A stretch of 64,000 nt of DNA from Vicinamibacterales bacterium. GTDB lineage: Bacteria; Acidobacteriota; Vicinamibacteria; Vicinamibacterales; 2-12-FULL-66-21. Position numbers and translations under genes: made by a program. Shown here one piece after another: positions 47,784 to 56,344 of the stretch. Under the pieces are notes generated by a model. The model saw only the letters and a list, made by a program, of their open reading frames with translations. It was not told the DNA's origin and did not search any database. The stretch spans positions 35,097-99,096 of the forward strand of contig DASTVZ010000012.1 of NCBI GenBank assembly GCA_035758845.1. The letters are read 5' to 3'. Within the stretch, counting starts at the first letter, position 1; each line of letters opens with the position of its first letter.

Positions 47784-49043
47784 TTACACCTGCGGCAACG
47801 CCGCCGCCTGATCCCCCGATCGGAGGTACGCTTCGAAATCCTCGAGCGATCGCCCGATTTCGACCCTCGGCGCGACGCGCGGACCGGTCGTCTCCGCCGC
47901 GGTCTTGTAACCGTTCCCGGTAATGCACACCACGACCGACTCGTTCGATGGTATGACGCCCGCGCGGACCAGTTGGATCGCGCCTGCCAGTGTCGCACCG
48001 CCCGCCGGTTCGGTGAACACGCCTTCGGTCTCCGCCAAAAGCTCCATCGCCTGCAGAATTTCGTCGTCACTCGACGCCACACCAGTGCCGCCGGTTGATT
48101 TGACCGTCCGAACGACCTGGAAGCCGTCAGCAGGATTTCCGATCGCAATCGACTTCGCAATCGTGGCCGGTTTTACCGGTTCAGGAAATTCGAGATCCTG
48201 CTGGAGCGCGCGCACGACCGGTGCGCATCCCGCCGCCTGAGCCGCATGAATCTTCGGCAACTCGCCATCGACGAGGCCGATCTCACGCAACTCGCGGAAG
48301 CCGCGAAGGATGCGCGGAAGCAGTGTTCCTCCCGCAACCGGCGAGACCAGATGCTGCGGAAATCGCCAGCCTAGTTGTTCGGCGACCTCGAATCCTACGG
48401 TCTTGGCCCCTTCGGCGTAGTAACTCCGCAGGTTGATGTTTGCGAATCCCCATCCGAGCCTGTCCGCGATCTGCGTACAGAGCCGGTTCACATCGTCGTA
48501 GTTTCCGCGCACGCCGATGAGATGTGGCCGGAAGACGGCGGAACCGAGCACCTTGCCAAGTTCGAGGTCGTGGGGAATGAAAACGTAGCACTCGAGACCA
48601 AGTCGGGCGGCATGCGCCGAGACGCTGTTGCCGAGATTACCAGTGGAAGCGCAACCAAACACGGTGAATCCGAGTTCCACCGCGCGCGTCGCAGCCATCG
48701 ACACAACGCGATCCTTGTAGGACAGCGTCGGATGATTCACCGAATCATCTTTGATATACAGCTCCTGCAATCCAAGCCGCTTCGCCAGCCGATCCGCGCG
48801 AATGAGCGGCGTGTACCCCGAATGAAACCCGGTTCGCGGCTCGCCGGTGATCGGCAGCAGCTCCTTGAAGCGCCACACGTTCCTGGCGCGCCGCTCGATG
48901 AGATCGCGCGTCACGGCACCACGAACGGCATCGTAATCGTAGGCAACCTCCAGCGGGCCGAGACACTGATCGCAGACCCACAGTGCTTCGGCGGGGAACT
49001 TCGTCCCGCACAAGTGGCACTGCAGCCCTGTCATGAACGTCAT
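47784..49043 (-). CDS. Threonine-synthase-like PLP enzyme (second ThrC paralogue, candidate homocysteine-forming enzyme)
   Basis: 419 aa with an N-terminal Cys4 ribbon (CHLCG...CDQC) and PLP-lysine motif HPTLSYKDR. The start overlaps the thrB stop (ATGA). Confidence 0.75.
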   Translation of the reverse strand: MTFMTGLQCHLCGTKFPAEALWVCDQCLGPLEVAYDYDAVRGAVTRDLIERRARNVWRFKELLPITGEPRTGFHSGYTPLIRADRLAKRLGLQELYIKDDSVNHPTLSYKDRVVSMAATRAVELGFTVFGCASTGNLGNSVSAHAARLGLECYVFIPHDLELGKVLGSAVFRPHLIGVRGNYDDVNRLCTQIADRLGWGFANINLRSYYAEGAKTVGFEVAEQLGWRFPQHLVSPVAGGTLLPRILRGFRELREIGLVDGELPKIHAAQAAGCAPVVRALQQDLEFPEPVKPATIAKSIAIGNPADGFQVVRTVKSTGGTGVASSDDEILQAMELLAETEGVFTEPAGGATLAGAIQLVRAGVIPSNESVVVCITGNGYKTAAETTGPRVAPRVEIGRSLEDFEAYLRSGDQAAALPQV

Positions 49044-49984
49044 GCGTGACCTTTCCGATGCACTCGCACGGTTCGCACCGTGCAGGCTATCCGTTCCTTT
49101 CGATACGCCTCGCGAAGCATTCGTTCAGCTGCCGTGGTCCTGCCGGTTGTAAACGCCGCAATCGACGGCCCAGCCCCGCTCAGGCAGAACCCGATCACAT
49201 CAGGATGCCGCACACTGAGCACTCGACGCAAACCCGGCACAAGCCGCTCGCGATACGGCTGATGCACGCGATCCCCGAGCGCCTCCCGAAAACCCTCGAC
49301 GTTGCCGGTGCCGAGCGACCCCAACAGCAATGCGAGATGCTGCAGATTGAACACCGCATCGGGAAGCGGTAGTCGCCGCGGCAACACTCGGCGCGAAACT
49401 GACGTCCGCAACTCCGCATCGGGCGTCGCGACGACGATTCGCCATTTCGCGGGCCATGGCCATTGTGTCACGGCTATGGACCCGTCGTTCGCAACGCAAC
49501 AACTCGTAAATCCGCCGAAGAGCGCCGGCGCCGCGTTATCCGGGTGCCCTTCAATCTCGGTCGCCAAACGCAGGATGTCGTCGGCGGGCCGTCGTCCGTT
49601 GACCAGCTCGCCGAGTCGTAGACCGGCAATGGCGGCCGCCGCGCTGCTGCCAAGCCCGCTTCGAAGTGGAATTTCGCTCTTTACATCCACGACGAGCGAC
49701 GGAGTCCGAGCCCGCGTCCGCGACGACGGAAAGTTCCGAAACGCCTCTTCGATTCGATTCGGACCACCGAGGGGTCCATTCGCGAAGCGGCACTCGAGCC
49801 GGCCGCGCCCGTCAGCGATCACTGCCGCGACCCGCACTCGAAGATACAAACTGACGGCAACGCCAAGCGTGTCGAATCCGGGGCCAAGATTGGAGATCGA
49901 CGCGGGAACGACGATCTCCTGTCCTGTCGCGCCGTCGCTCCGGCGAGAACGGAGCGCAGGCGCACCCGGTCCTACGCGCTGCAT
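49040..49984 (-). CDS. thrB: Homoserine kinase
   Basis: 314 aa, GHMP kinase, with PASISNLGPGFD and IPLRSGLGSSAAAA. Confidence 0.85.
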   Translation of the reverse strand: MQRVGPGAPALRSRRSDGATGQEIVVPASISNLGPGFDTLGVAVSLYLRVRVAAVIADGRGRLECRFANGPLGGPNRIEEAFRNFPSSRTRARTPSLVVDVKSEIPLRSGLGSSAAAAIAGLRLGELVNGRRPADDILRLATEIEGHPDNAAPALFGGFTSCCVANDGSIAVTQWPWPAKWRIVVATPDAELRTSVSRRVLPRRLPLPDAVFNLQHLALLLGSLGTGNVEGFREALGDRVHQPYRERLVPGLRRVLSVRHPDVIGFCLSGAGPSIAAFTTGRTTAAERMLREAYRKERIACTVRTVRVHRKGHA

Positions 49985-51822
49985 TCGCCGTCCATGACCT
50001 CCGGGTTGAACGCATGATCCTCGCCGGGATCGATAAAGTCGGCCGGCAGGGCATCCTCAGGCGTCATCTGCTCGAGATCCGCAAGCGCCGCGCGGGCCCG
50101 TGCCGTATCGACGCGCTGGAAGAATGCGGGGGCCGTCTCACCGGTGTTGTGCTCATCCTGATAGAGACGCAGCAATCGCTCGACCGCTTCAGGGACGCGA
50201 CGGGCAGGTATCTTCGCCGTCAGCCGTCCAAAGCTCGCCGCCTGCTGACCAGCGCCGCCGCCGAGCATCACGAAGTACTGCGGCACGACACGATCGCCAA
50301 GTTTTCGGATGCTCCCCTGGAATCCAATCGTCGCAATGTGATGCTGCCCGCACCCGTTCGGACATCCGCTGATCTTGATCTTTGCCTCCGACGCTTCGCG
50401 CAACAGCTTCGCCGGCTGCCTCTCCAAGTTGTCGCCGATCAATCGCGCGAGGCCTCGCGATTGCGTGACCGCGAGACGGCATGATTCCGCCCCCGGGCAA
50501 CTCGTCACATCGGTGATTGTGCTCGCACCCGAGAGACCGAGGCCAGCCGCGGCAAGCCGGCGATACAGACCGGGCACCTGTCCGCTTCGCACCCAGCGCA
50601 TCACCACATTCTGATCGACGGTCACCCGCACCATGCCGTCGCTATACGCTCTCGAGAGCAGCGCCAGCGCGCGCATCTGCCCGGCGGTGATGTCGCCGAG
50701 CACGAGCGACACGATCACCTCGCAGTACTCTCCCTGCTTCTGCGGCCGCAGATTCGTCTGCAGCCATTCCGTCCGCTCACGTCCGGGGCTGCCGTCGGTC
50801 GGGTGAACCTCCGGGACGATGCCTGGCCCTTTCACGGGACCAGCAGTCACGAGCGCCGTGATGTCAGCAATCGCAGGTTGCGGCAGCCGCTCGCCGTCGG
50901 GCGGCCCCTCAACTGGCGGATGCTCAGGATCGAACGGCAACTCCGCGCCACCGTTCGCGCGCAAATCCTCGAGCTCATGATGGAACGCCGCGTGCCATGC
51001 GTCCCACCCCATCGACTTGACGAGGAACTTCAGCCGGTTGCGTTGCTTGTGCTCGTAGTCGCCATGTTTATGGAACACGCGCAGCACTGCTTCCGCGACC
51101 ATCAAAATGTCGCAGGCGGGCAGGAACTCGTACAGCGACGCGCCTGAGCGGCACATGATCGCGGTGCCGCCCGCGACCTGTACGCGGAACCCACGTCGAC
51201 CGGAACCGTCCGGCGCCATCATGGCGCGCCATCCGATGTCGTTAATCGAGGTGACGGCGTGGTCCTCGGACGCGCAGCCTTCGAATCCAATCTTGAATTT
51301 CCGCGGCAGCACGGAGCTGAGTGGATGACGCAGTAAATACCGCGACATAGCTTCGGCGTAGGGTGTGACGTCGAACACTTCGTCGCGGGCAACGCCGGCG
51401 TGTGGACAGGCCGTGATGTTTCGCACCGAGTTCCCGCACGCCTCGCGCGTCGTCAGGCCAGCCTCGGCGAGATGGCGCATCGCCGGCTCGGCATCGTGCA
51501 GGCGCACAAAGTGCAGCTGCATGTTCTGCCGTGTGGATATGTGACCGAATCCGCGCGAGTAGCGCTCCGCCACATCAGCGAGCGCTTCCAGCTGCGAGGC
51601 GTCGAGCACGCCTTGCGGGATCTTGACGCGCAACATCTGCGCGTCCATGTCCTGCCGCTGCCCGTACGTGCCGCGGAGCAACCGGAACTTCCGCCACTCC
51701 TCGGGAGAGATCTCGCCGCGCTCGAACTTGTCGAGCATCTGTACGAACGAATCGATGTCCGCCGTGTCAGCGAAAGTCAGCCGACTGCGGCCGTACGTGC
51801 GGGGGTCGTCTAAAACAGCCAT
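49972..51822 (-). CDS. Sulfite reductase hemoprotein (ferredoxin-type NirA/Sir family)
   Basis: 616 aa with siroheme/4Fe-4S cysteine motifs TSCPGAESCRLA and SGCPNGCGQHH. Context is sulfur metabolism and siroheme synthesis. Confidence 0.8.
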   Translation of the reverse strand: MAVLDDPRTYGRSRLTFADTADIDSFVQMLDKFERGEISPEEWRKFRLLRGTYGQRQDMDAQMLRVKIPQGVLDASQLEALADVAERYSRGFGHISTRQNMQLHFVRLHDAEPAMRHLAEAGLTTREACGNSVRNITACPHAGVARDEVFDVTPYAEAMSRYLLRHPLSSVLPRKFKIGFEGCASEDHAVTSINDIGWRAMMAPDGSGRRGFRVQVAGGTAIMCRSGASLYEFLPACDILMVAEAVLRVFHKHGDYEHKQRNRLKFLVKSMGWDAWHAAFHHELEDLRANGGAELPFDPEHPPVEGPPDGERLPQPAIADITALVTAGPVKGPGIVPEVHPTDGSPGRERTEWLQTNLRPQKQGEYCEVIVSLVLGDITAGQMRALALLSRAYSDGMVRVTVDQNVVMRWVRSGQVPGLYRRLAAAGLGLSGASTITDVTSCPGAESCRLAVTQSRGLARLIGDNLERQPAKLLREASEAKIKISGCPNGCGQHHIATIGFQGSIRKLGDRVVPQYFVMLGGGAGQQAASFGRLTAKIPARRVPEAVERLLRLYQDEHNTGETAPAFFQRVDTARARAALADLEQMTPEDALPADFIDPGEDHAFNPEVMDGECSA

Positions 51823-51827
51823 TGCTC

Positions 51828-52598
51828 TTATCCCAGCAACGCAGACGTACGAGCGGAGGTCTGCTCGCGCTCCTGCGCCGCGATGATTACGGCGAGCGCG
51901 GTCACAGCGCCCACCACGATGATGCCCGGCAGATTCTCCTGATCTTCGATTGCCGCCGAATGGATCGCGTCGAGCGTGCCGTGCCAGGACTGCTCACCCT
52001 CGTGAGAGATCCCAATCAGCACCGCAGCCGGGGTATTCGGCGCCCATCCGGCAGCGAGCAACTCGTTGGCAATTGCCGCACGGTTTGCCATTCCCATCAA
52101 TACGACGACCGTCGCGCTCGCCGGCGCGAGCGAACGCAGAACCGGCGCATACGCCGATTCTGCATGTCCCGAGACGACAACAAAGCCCGACGCGAGGCCG
52201 CGATGTGTCACTGGGATTCCGGCGAGCAGCGGGGCCGCTATGGCGCTGGAGATCCCGGGAACGATCTCGCATTCAATCCCGGCGGCAGCCAGCGCGAGTG
52301 CTTCTTCCCCGCCGCGCCCGAACACAAACGGATCGCCGCATTTCAAGCGGACGACCTGATGACCGCGGCGCGCTTCGCGGATCATCAGCCGGTTGATCGC
52401 ATCCTGCGTGATCGCGGGACGGCCGGCCCGCTTACCGACGAAAAACCGCCGCGCGCGCGGTGCGAACTGCAGCGTGTCGGAATCGATTAACGCATCATAG
52501 AGCACCAGATCCGCCTTTTCGAGGCGCCTGATCGCCCTGAGCGTCAGAAGTTCGGGATCTCCCGGACCGGCGCCGACGAGTGATACGCGTCCTGTCAT
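51828..52598 (-). CDS. cobA: Uroporphyrinogen-III C-methyltransferase
   Basis: ORF 51828..52763 trimmed to the ATG at 52598, which overlaps the upstream stop (ATGA). Contains VSLVGAGPGDPELLT and VRLKCGDPFVFGRGGEE. Confidence 0.9.
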   Translation of the reverse strand: MTGRVSLVGAGPGDPELLTLRAIRRLEKADLVLYDALIDSDTLQFAPRARRFFVGKRAGRPAITQDAINRLMIREARRGHQVVRLKCGDPFVFGRGGEEALALAAAGIECEIVPGISSAIAAPLLAGIPVTHRGLASGFVVVSGHAESAYAPVLRSLAPASATVVVLMGMANRAAIANELLAAGWAPNTPAAVLIGISHEGEQSWHGTLDAIHSAAIEDQENLPGIIVVGAVTALAVIIAAQEREQTSARTSALLG

Positions 52599-53206
52599 TG
52601 CACGAACTCCGGATCGCGACCTGTCGTTCGATCGCGATCGTGCGATGACGCGCGTGACTCGTACAGCGCATTCAGTGCGTCGAGAAGTTGCGGACGCCGC
52701 GCGGCCATCGGAACACCTCGAGCCCGCCATGACTCGCGAATCTCGCGTGCACGTGCGTTCCACTGACTCAGCGTCAGATCATCGGGGAGCATGTAATCGA
52801 TCGCTTCGCGAAGAAGACCCGCGAGTGCCGGTGCTGCGCCGTCGGTGGAGATGGCCAGCGTTACACCGGGACGTCTGACGACGCCCCCGAGATAGACCGT
52901 CGCGTTGGAGGGATCGTCGACCGCATTGACGAACACCTGACGCCGTTCCGCTTCGTGCGCAACAGATCGGTTGACGTCGGACGGAGCCGCCGCGACGACG
53001 AACCATGCCCCATCAAGGTCAGTCGGCTCGAACGCCCTCTGAATGATGTCGACGCCGGCGGCTCGGATCGCATTGCACACGTCGGGCGCGACGACCACGA
53101 CGTGGGCGCCTGCTGCCTGGAGGGCGGCGAGCTTCGATGCGGCAACCGGCCCACCGCCGACCACCACCACGCGACGACCCTGGAGCTTCAGGAACGCGGG
53201 AAACAA
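52595..53206 (-). CDS. Precorrin-2 dehydrogenase / sirohydrochlorin ferrochelatase (SirC/CysG N-terminal type)
   Basis: 203 aa, TTG start. Typical N-terminus FPAFLKLQGRRVVVVGGGPVAASK. Confidence 0.8.
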   Translation of the reverse strand: MFPAFLKLQGRRVVVVGGGPVAASKLAALQAAGAHVVVVAPDVCNAIRAAGVDIIQRAFEPTDLDGAWFVVAAAPSDVNRSVAHEAERRQVFVNAVDDPSNATVYLGGVVRRPGVTLAISTDGAAPALAGLLREAIDYMLPDDLTLSQWNARAREIRESWRARGVPMAARRPQLLDALNALYESRASSHDRDRTTGRDPEFVQ

Positions 53207-53233
53207 CGCGATGACGACATCTCCTTTTCTCGA

Positions 53234-53319
53234 CTTGGTCCGTGTTAATCCGTGGCTTGGTCCGTGTTCTTCCGTGTTAATCCGTGGCTTGGTCCGTGTT
53301 CTTCCGGGTTAATCCGTGG
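53234..53319 (-). repeat. Tandem 32-nt repeat built from periodic CACGGA motifs, in the 5' UTR of the sulfite-reduction operon
   Basis: Plus-strand units CTTGGTCCGTGTTCTTCCG(T/G)GTTAATCCGTGG, two full copies plus one 22-nt copy. On the minus strand this reads CCACGGATTAA-CACGGAAGAA-CACGGACCAAG repeated. Confidence 0.8.
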
Positions 53320-53322
53320 CTT

Positions 53323-53360
53323 AAATAAAAAAGCCCGGAAGGCTTTGGCCTCCCGGGCTT
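53323..53360 (-). terminator. Intrinsic terminator (attenuator) of the Cys leader
   Basis: Minus strand: GCCCGGGAGGC-caaa-GCCTTCCGGGC (11 bp including one G.U), followed by TTTTTTATTT. Confidence 0.8.
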
Positions 53361-53398
53361 CGGTTACATCTCGTTGCGCTGGATGTTGTTTCAGGACA

Positions 53399-53482
53399 TC
53401 AACGCGTGGACCGAAGGCAGGGAAGCCCTACGAGCTGCATACAGCAGCAACAAATACACGCGCAGGTATTCCCTGAAAACAT
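53399..53482 (-). CDS. Cys-rich leader peptide (27 aa)
   Basis: Not in the ORF track. ATG TTT TCA GGG AAT ACC TGC GCG TGT ATT TGT TGC TGC TGT ATG ... TGA translates to MFSGNTCACICCCCMQLVGLPCLRSTR. Lies between a promoter and a terminator, upstream of sulfur-assimilation genes. Confidence 0.7.
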   Translation of the reverse strand: MFSGNTCACICCCCMQLVGLPCLRSTR

Positions 53483-53490
53483 TCGGTCAG

Positions 53491-53519
53491 TTATAACGTT
53501 CACTCGTCCGTAAAGTCAA
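53491..53519 (-). promoter_or_regulatory. Sigma-70-type promoter of the Cys leader
   Basis: Minus strand: TTGACT, 17 nt, TTATAA. The leader ATG starts 8 nt after the -10 box, so the transcript may be leaderless. Confidence 0.6.
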
Positions 53520-53623
53520 GCCGGACGCCCGGATATGGCCGTTTCACGCGGGGATTGCGAGGTCCAACCTTGATCCGGGGGGCTTCGCCTCCAGCGGGCG
53601 CGCCCGTGGCGCGCCTTGCCGCA

Positions 53624-54949
53624 TCACGCCGGAATCGCGAGATCGAGGCGGCGGCGGATCTGATCGTAATCGTTGGGCAGCTCAATAGGGCGATTGGCCT
53701 GAGTAGTGGCGATTCCGGGGAGCTTCCCGGCGTGATAATCGGCCTTGAAATCGGTGAATTTCAGGCCGCTTGCCGTCGAAATGACGACGACCCGCTCGTC
53801 CCGCTTGATTTCGCCACGCTTGGCCAGTTTGATGAGCGCGGCGAGGGCGACCCCCGTGTGCGGACATGCGAACATCCCGGTCCGGTCCGCTCGTGCGACC
53901 GCGTCGGCAAGCTCCTGTTCGCTCGCCTGCTCCACCAATCCGTTGCAGCGTTGAAGGGCGCCAATAGCTTTCTGGATTGAAACAGGATTCCCGATCTGTA
54001 TGGCTGAGGCCATTGTCGGTTTCGCCACCACCGGCTCGAATCGCCAGCCGTTTCGTGACGCGAGATACAACGGGTTCGCCGCTTCCGCCTGAGCAGCGAT
54101 CAGGCGTGGCACGCGCGCGACCAGACCCAGATCGCGCATCATTTCGAATCCAGCGGCGAACGCGCCGATGTTTCCGAGGTTACCGCTCGGAACAACCACG
54201 ACGTCCGGTACTTGCCAATCGAACTGTTGCGCAATCTCGATCGAGGCGGTCTTCTGTCCTTCGAGCCGCAGGCTGTTCATCGAGTTTGCCAGGTAAAGGC
54301 CTTCCTCTTCAGCCAGCTTCTTGATGATCGCCATGCAACCGTCGAAGTCCGTGTCGATCGACAGAACAGTCGCACCGTTGGCGAGCGGTTGAACAAGTTG
54401 CGCGACGGTGACCTTGCCTCGAGGAAGTACGACGATCGCTGGAATTCCTGCCGCCGCCGCGTACGCGGCGAGTGAGGCCGATGTGTCACCAGTGGATGCA
54501 CAGCCGACGGCGCGGATCTGATGCCCGTTCGCGATCATCTGCCGCACCATCGAGACGAGCACCGTCATCCCGAGGTCCTTGAAGGAACCGGTATGCGAGT
54601 TGCCGCACAACTTCACCCAGACTTCTTCGATTCCGATGCCGCGTCCGAAAGCCTCGGCGAGGAAGAGATTCGTGCCCCCCTCATCCATCGAGACGACGTT
54701 GTTGTCGTCGATTTGCGGGCAGACCCATTCCTTCTTGCCCCAGACGCTGGACCCGTACGGCCATGTGGTTCGCTTGTAACGCTCGTCGAACAACCGCATC
54801 CACGCCGCGGCGCTCCGATCGCGTAGGGCTTCCAGATCGTGTGCGACCTCGAGCAGGCCTCCGCACGTCGGGCAGCGATAGATGATGGTGTCGAGCGCGT
54901 ACGACCCCGGGCATCCGGCAATACAACGAAATGCAGCTCGGTAGCTCAT
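53624..54949 (-). CDS. thrC: Threonine synthase
   Basis: 441 aa with PLP-lysine motif [11 protein letters not shown] and an N-terminal CxxC...CPTCG ribbon. Directly downstream of hom. Confidence 0.9.
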   Translation of the reverse strand: MSYRAAFRCIAGCPGSYALDTIIYRCPTCGGLLEVAHDLEALRDRSAAAWMRLFDERYKRTTWPYGSSVWGKKEWVCPQIDDNNVVSMDEGGTNLFLAEAFGRGIGIEEVWVKLCGNSHTGSFKDLGMTVLVSMVRQMIANGHQIRAVGCASTGDTSASLAAYAAAAGIPAIVVLPRGKVTVAQLVQPLANGATVLSIDTDFDGCMAIIKKLAEEEGLYLANSMNSLRLEGQKTASIEIAQQFDWQVPDVVVVPSGNLGNIGAFAAGFEMMRDLGLVARVPRLIAAQAEAANPLYLASRNGWRFEPVVAKPTMASAIQIGNPVSIQKAIGALQRCNGLVEQASEQELADAVARADRTGMFACPHTGVALAALIKLAKRGEIKRDERVVVISTASGLKFTDFKADYHAGKLPGIATTQANRPIELPNDYDQIRRRLDLAIPA

Positions 54950-55021
54950 CTCAACCCTAATCGCTAGTCGCTGATTACTAATCTAGAAGGGTCAAAACTC
55001 CAGGGTTTGACCCTCTTTCAT

Positions 55022-56332
55022 TTAAACGGTCGCGACCGGAGCGGCCACGGAGGCCGGCAGCGCTTCTCGCGACAACACCGGCAGCGCGACCGGCGCTTCT
55101 CCATGAAACTCGAACGCTGAAAGATCCTTCATCGCGCGCTCGATCGACGAAACGGGCGACGGCTCGAGGCTGACGACAAACGGCCGGCGGCCGACTGGAA
55201 AGCCTGGCTCCTGCAGGATGGCGTCGATGTTGATCGAATGACGAGCGAACGCCGACGCCAGCGACGCGATGATGCCAGGCCGGTCGGCAACCGTGAAACG
55301 TACATAGTACGCGCTTGTGAACTCCGGCGACACGTCCGCGTGGAGCACCCCGGAGCGGAGCCCGTATGGCACCTCGTCCCTGGCGATTGCCAGCAAGTCC
55401 GAGACAACGGCGACGGCGGTCGGTTCTCCGCCTGCGCCTGGGCCACCAAACGTCGTTTCTCCGCCAAACCGGCCCTGCAGGGTCACGATGTTTTCACTTC
55501 CACGAACGCGCGCGAGCGGCGACTCGAGCGGCACCAGCGCCGGTCCCACCGCGGCGCGAACCAGGCTTGAATCGCTCGTCCGCTCCGCCCACGCAACCTG
55601 CCGAATGGTACACCCCATCTGACGCGCGTAGACGAAATCCACGGCGTCAATCGCGTCGATCCCGCGGGTCTGAATCGCGTCCGGCGTCACGTCGACGGCG
55701 AGAGCAATCTGCGACAGGATCGCGAGCTTGGCCTGGGCATCGATGCCGTCGATATCCTGCGACGGATCTGCCTCGGCCAGTCCCAGCGTTTGCGCGTCAG
55801 CCAATGCCTCGCGGAACGGCAGGTGCTCGCGTTCCATTCGACTGAGGATGTAATTGCAGGTGCCGTTCAGGATTCCTGTCACGCGCGTCAGGCTGTCGCC
55901 CGCGAGTCCATGCTCGATCGCGCGAACCACCGGCACACCACCGGCAACCGCTGCTTCAAATCTCAGATGCCGTTCCAGTCGCGATGCCTCGGCGAGGAGC
56001 TCGGGGCCGCGATGCGCGATCACTTGTTTGTTTGCGGTGACCACCGACTTGCCCGCTTGGAGCGCCTTGCGAATCCAACACTCGGCCGGTGAACGTCCGC
56101 CGATCAACTCCACGAAGACATCGACATCATCGGCAAGCGCGTCGTCGATCGACTCGGTCCAGCGAACCCTGGGATCGATCCAGGGGACGCGTTTCCGTTC
56201 GATCCCGCGATTGACGATCACGGTCAGGCGCAGCTCGGGAGGGGCGAGTTCCTGAAGCAGCCTGGCAACGGAGCGTCCGACGGTTCCGAAGCCGGCAATT
56301 GCGACACGTGTGGGTCTGTTAGCGCGCGTCAT
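55022..56332 (-). CDS. hom: Homoserine dehydrogenase (with C-terminal ACT domain)
   Basis: 436 aa with VAIAGFGTVGRSV, VVTANK and GILNGTCNYIL. Confidence 0.9.
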   Translation of the reverse strand: MTRANRPTRVAIAGFGTVGRSVARLLQELAPPELRLTVIVNRGIERKRVPWIDPRVRWTESIDDALADDVDVFVELIGGRSPAECWIRKALQAGKSVVTANKQVIAHRGPELLAEASRLERHLRFEAAVAGGVPVVRAIEHGLAGDSLTRVTGILNGTCNYILSRMEREHLPFREALADAQTLGLAEADPSQDIDGIDAQAKLAILSQIALAVDVTPDAIQTRGIDAIDAVDFVYARQMGCTIRQVAWAERTSDSSLVRAAVGPALVPLESPLARVRGSENIVTLQGRFGGETTFGGPGAGGEPTAVAVVSDLLAIARDEVPYGLRSGVLHADVSPEFTSAYYVRFTVADRPGIIASLASAFARHSINIDAILQEPGFPVGRRPFVVSLEPSPVSSIERAMKDLSAFEFHGEAPVALPVLSREALPASVAAPVATV

Positions 56333-56344
56333 ACAGCAACCTCA

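Noticed and set aside
53190-53220. 10-codon upstream ORF (ATG at 53220, MSSSRCFPRS) overlapping the TTG start of sirC.
   Set aside because: The GGAG is immediately adjacent to the ATG, which is too close for a normal SD spacing, and nothing else supports it. It is noted only because the sirC start is a weak TTG.
53234-53319. Tandem 32-nt repeats considered as a CRISPR array.
   Set aside because: The units abut directly with no spacers. There are fewer than 3 copies and no cas genes in the window.
53330-53500. Possible stand-alone small RNA (SRP or 6S-like long hairpin) between thrC and sirC.
   Set aside because: The conserved SRP domain-IV sequence (GGAAGCAGC with a GNRA loop) is absent. 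The region is better explained by a promoter, a Cys-rich ORF and alternative pairings ending in a terminator.
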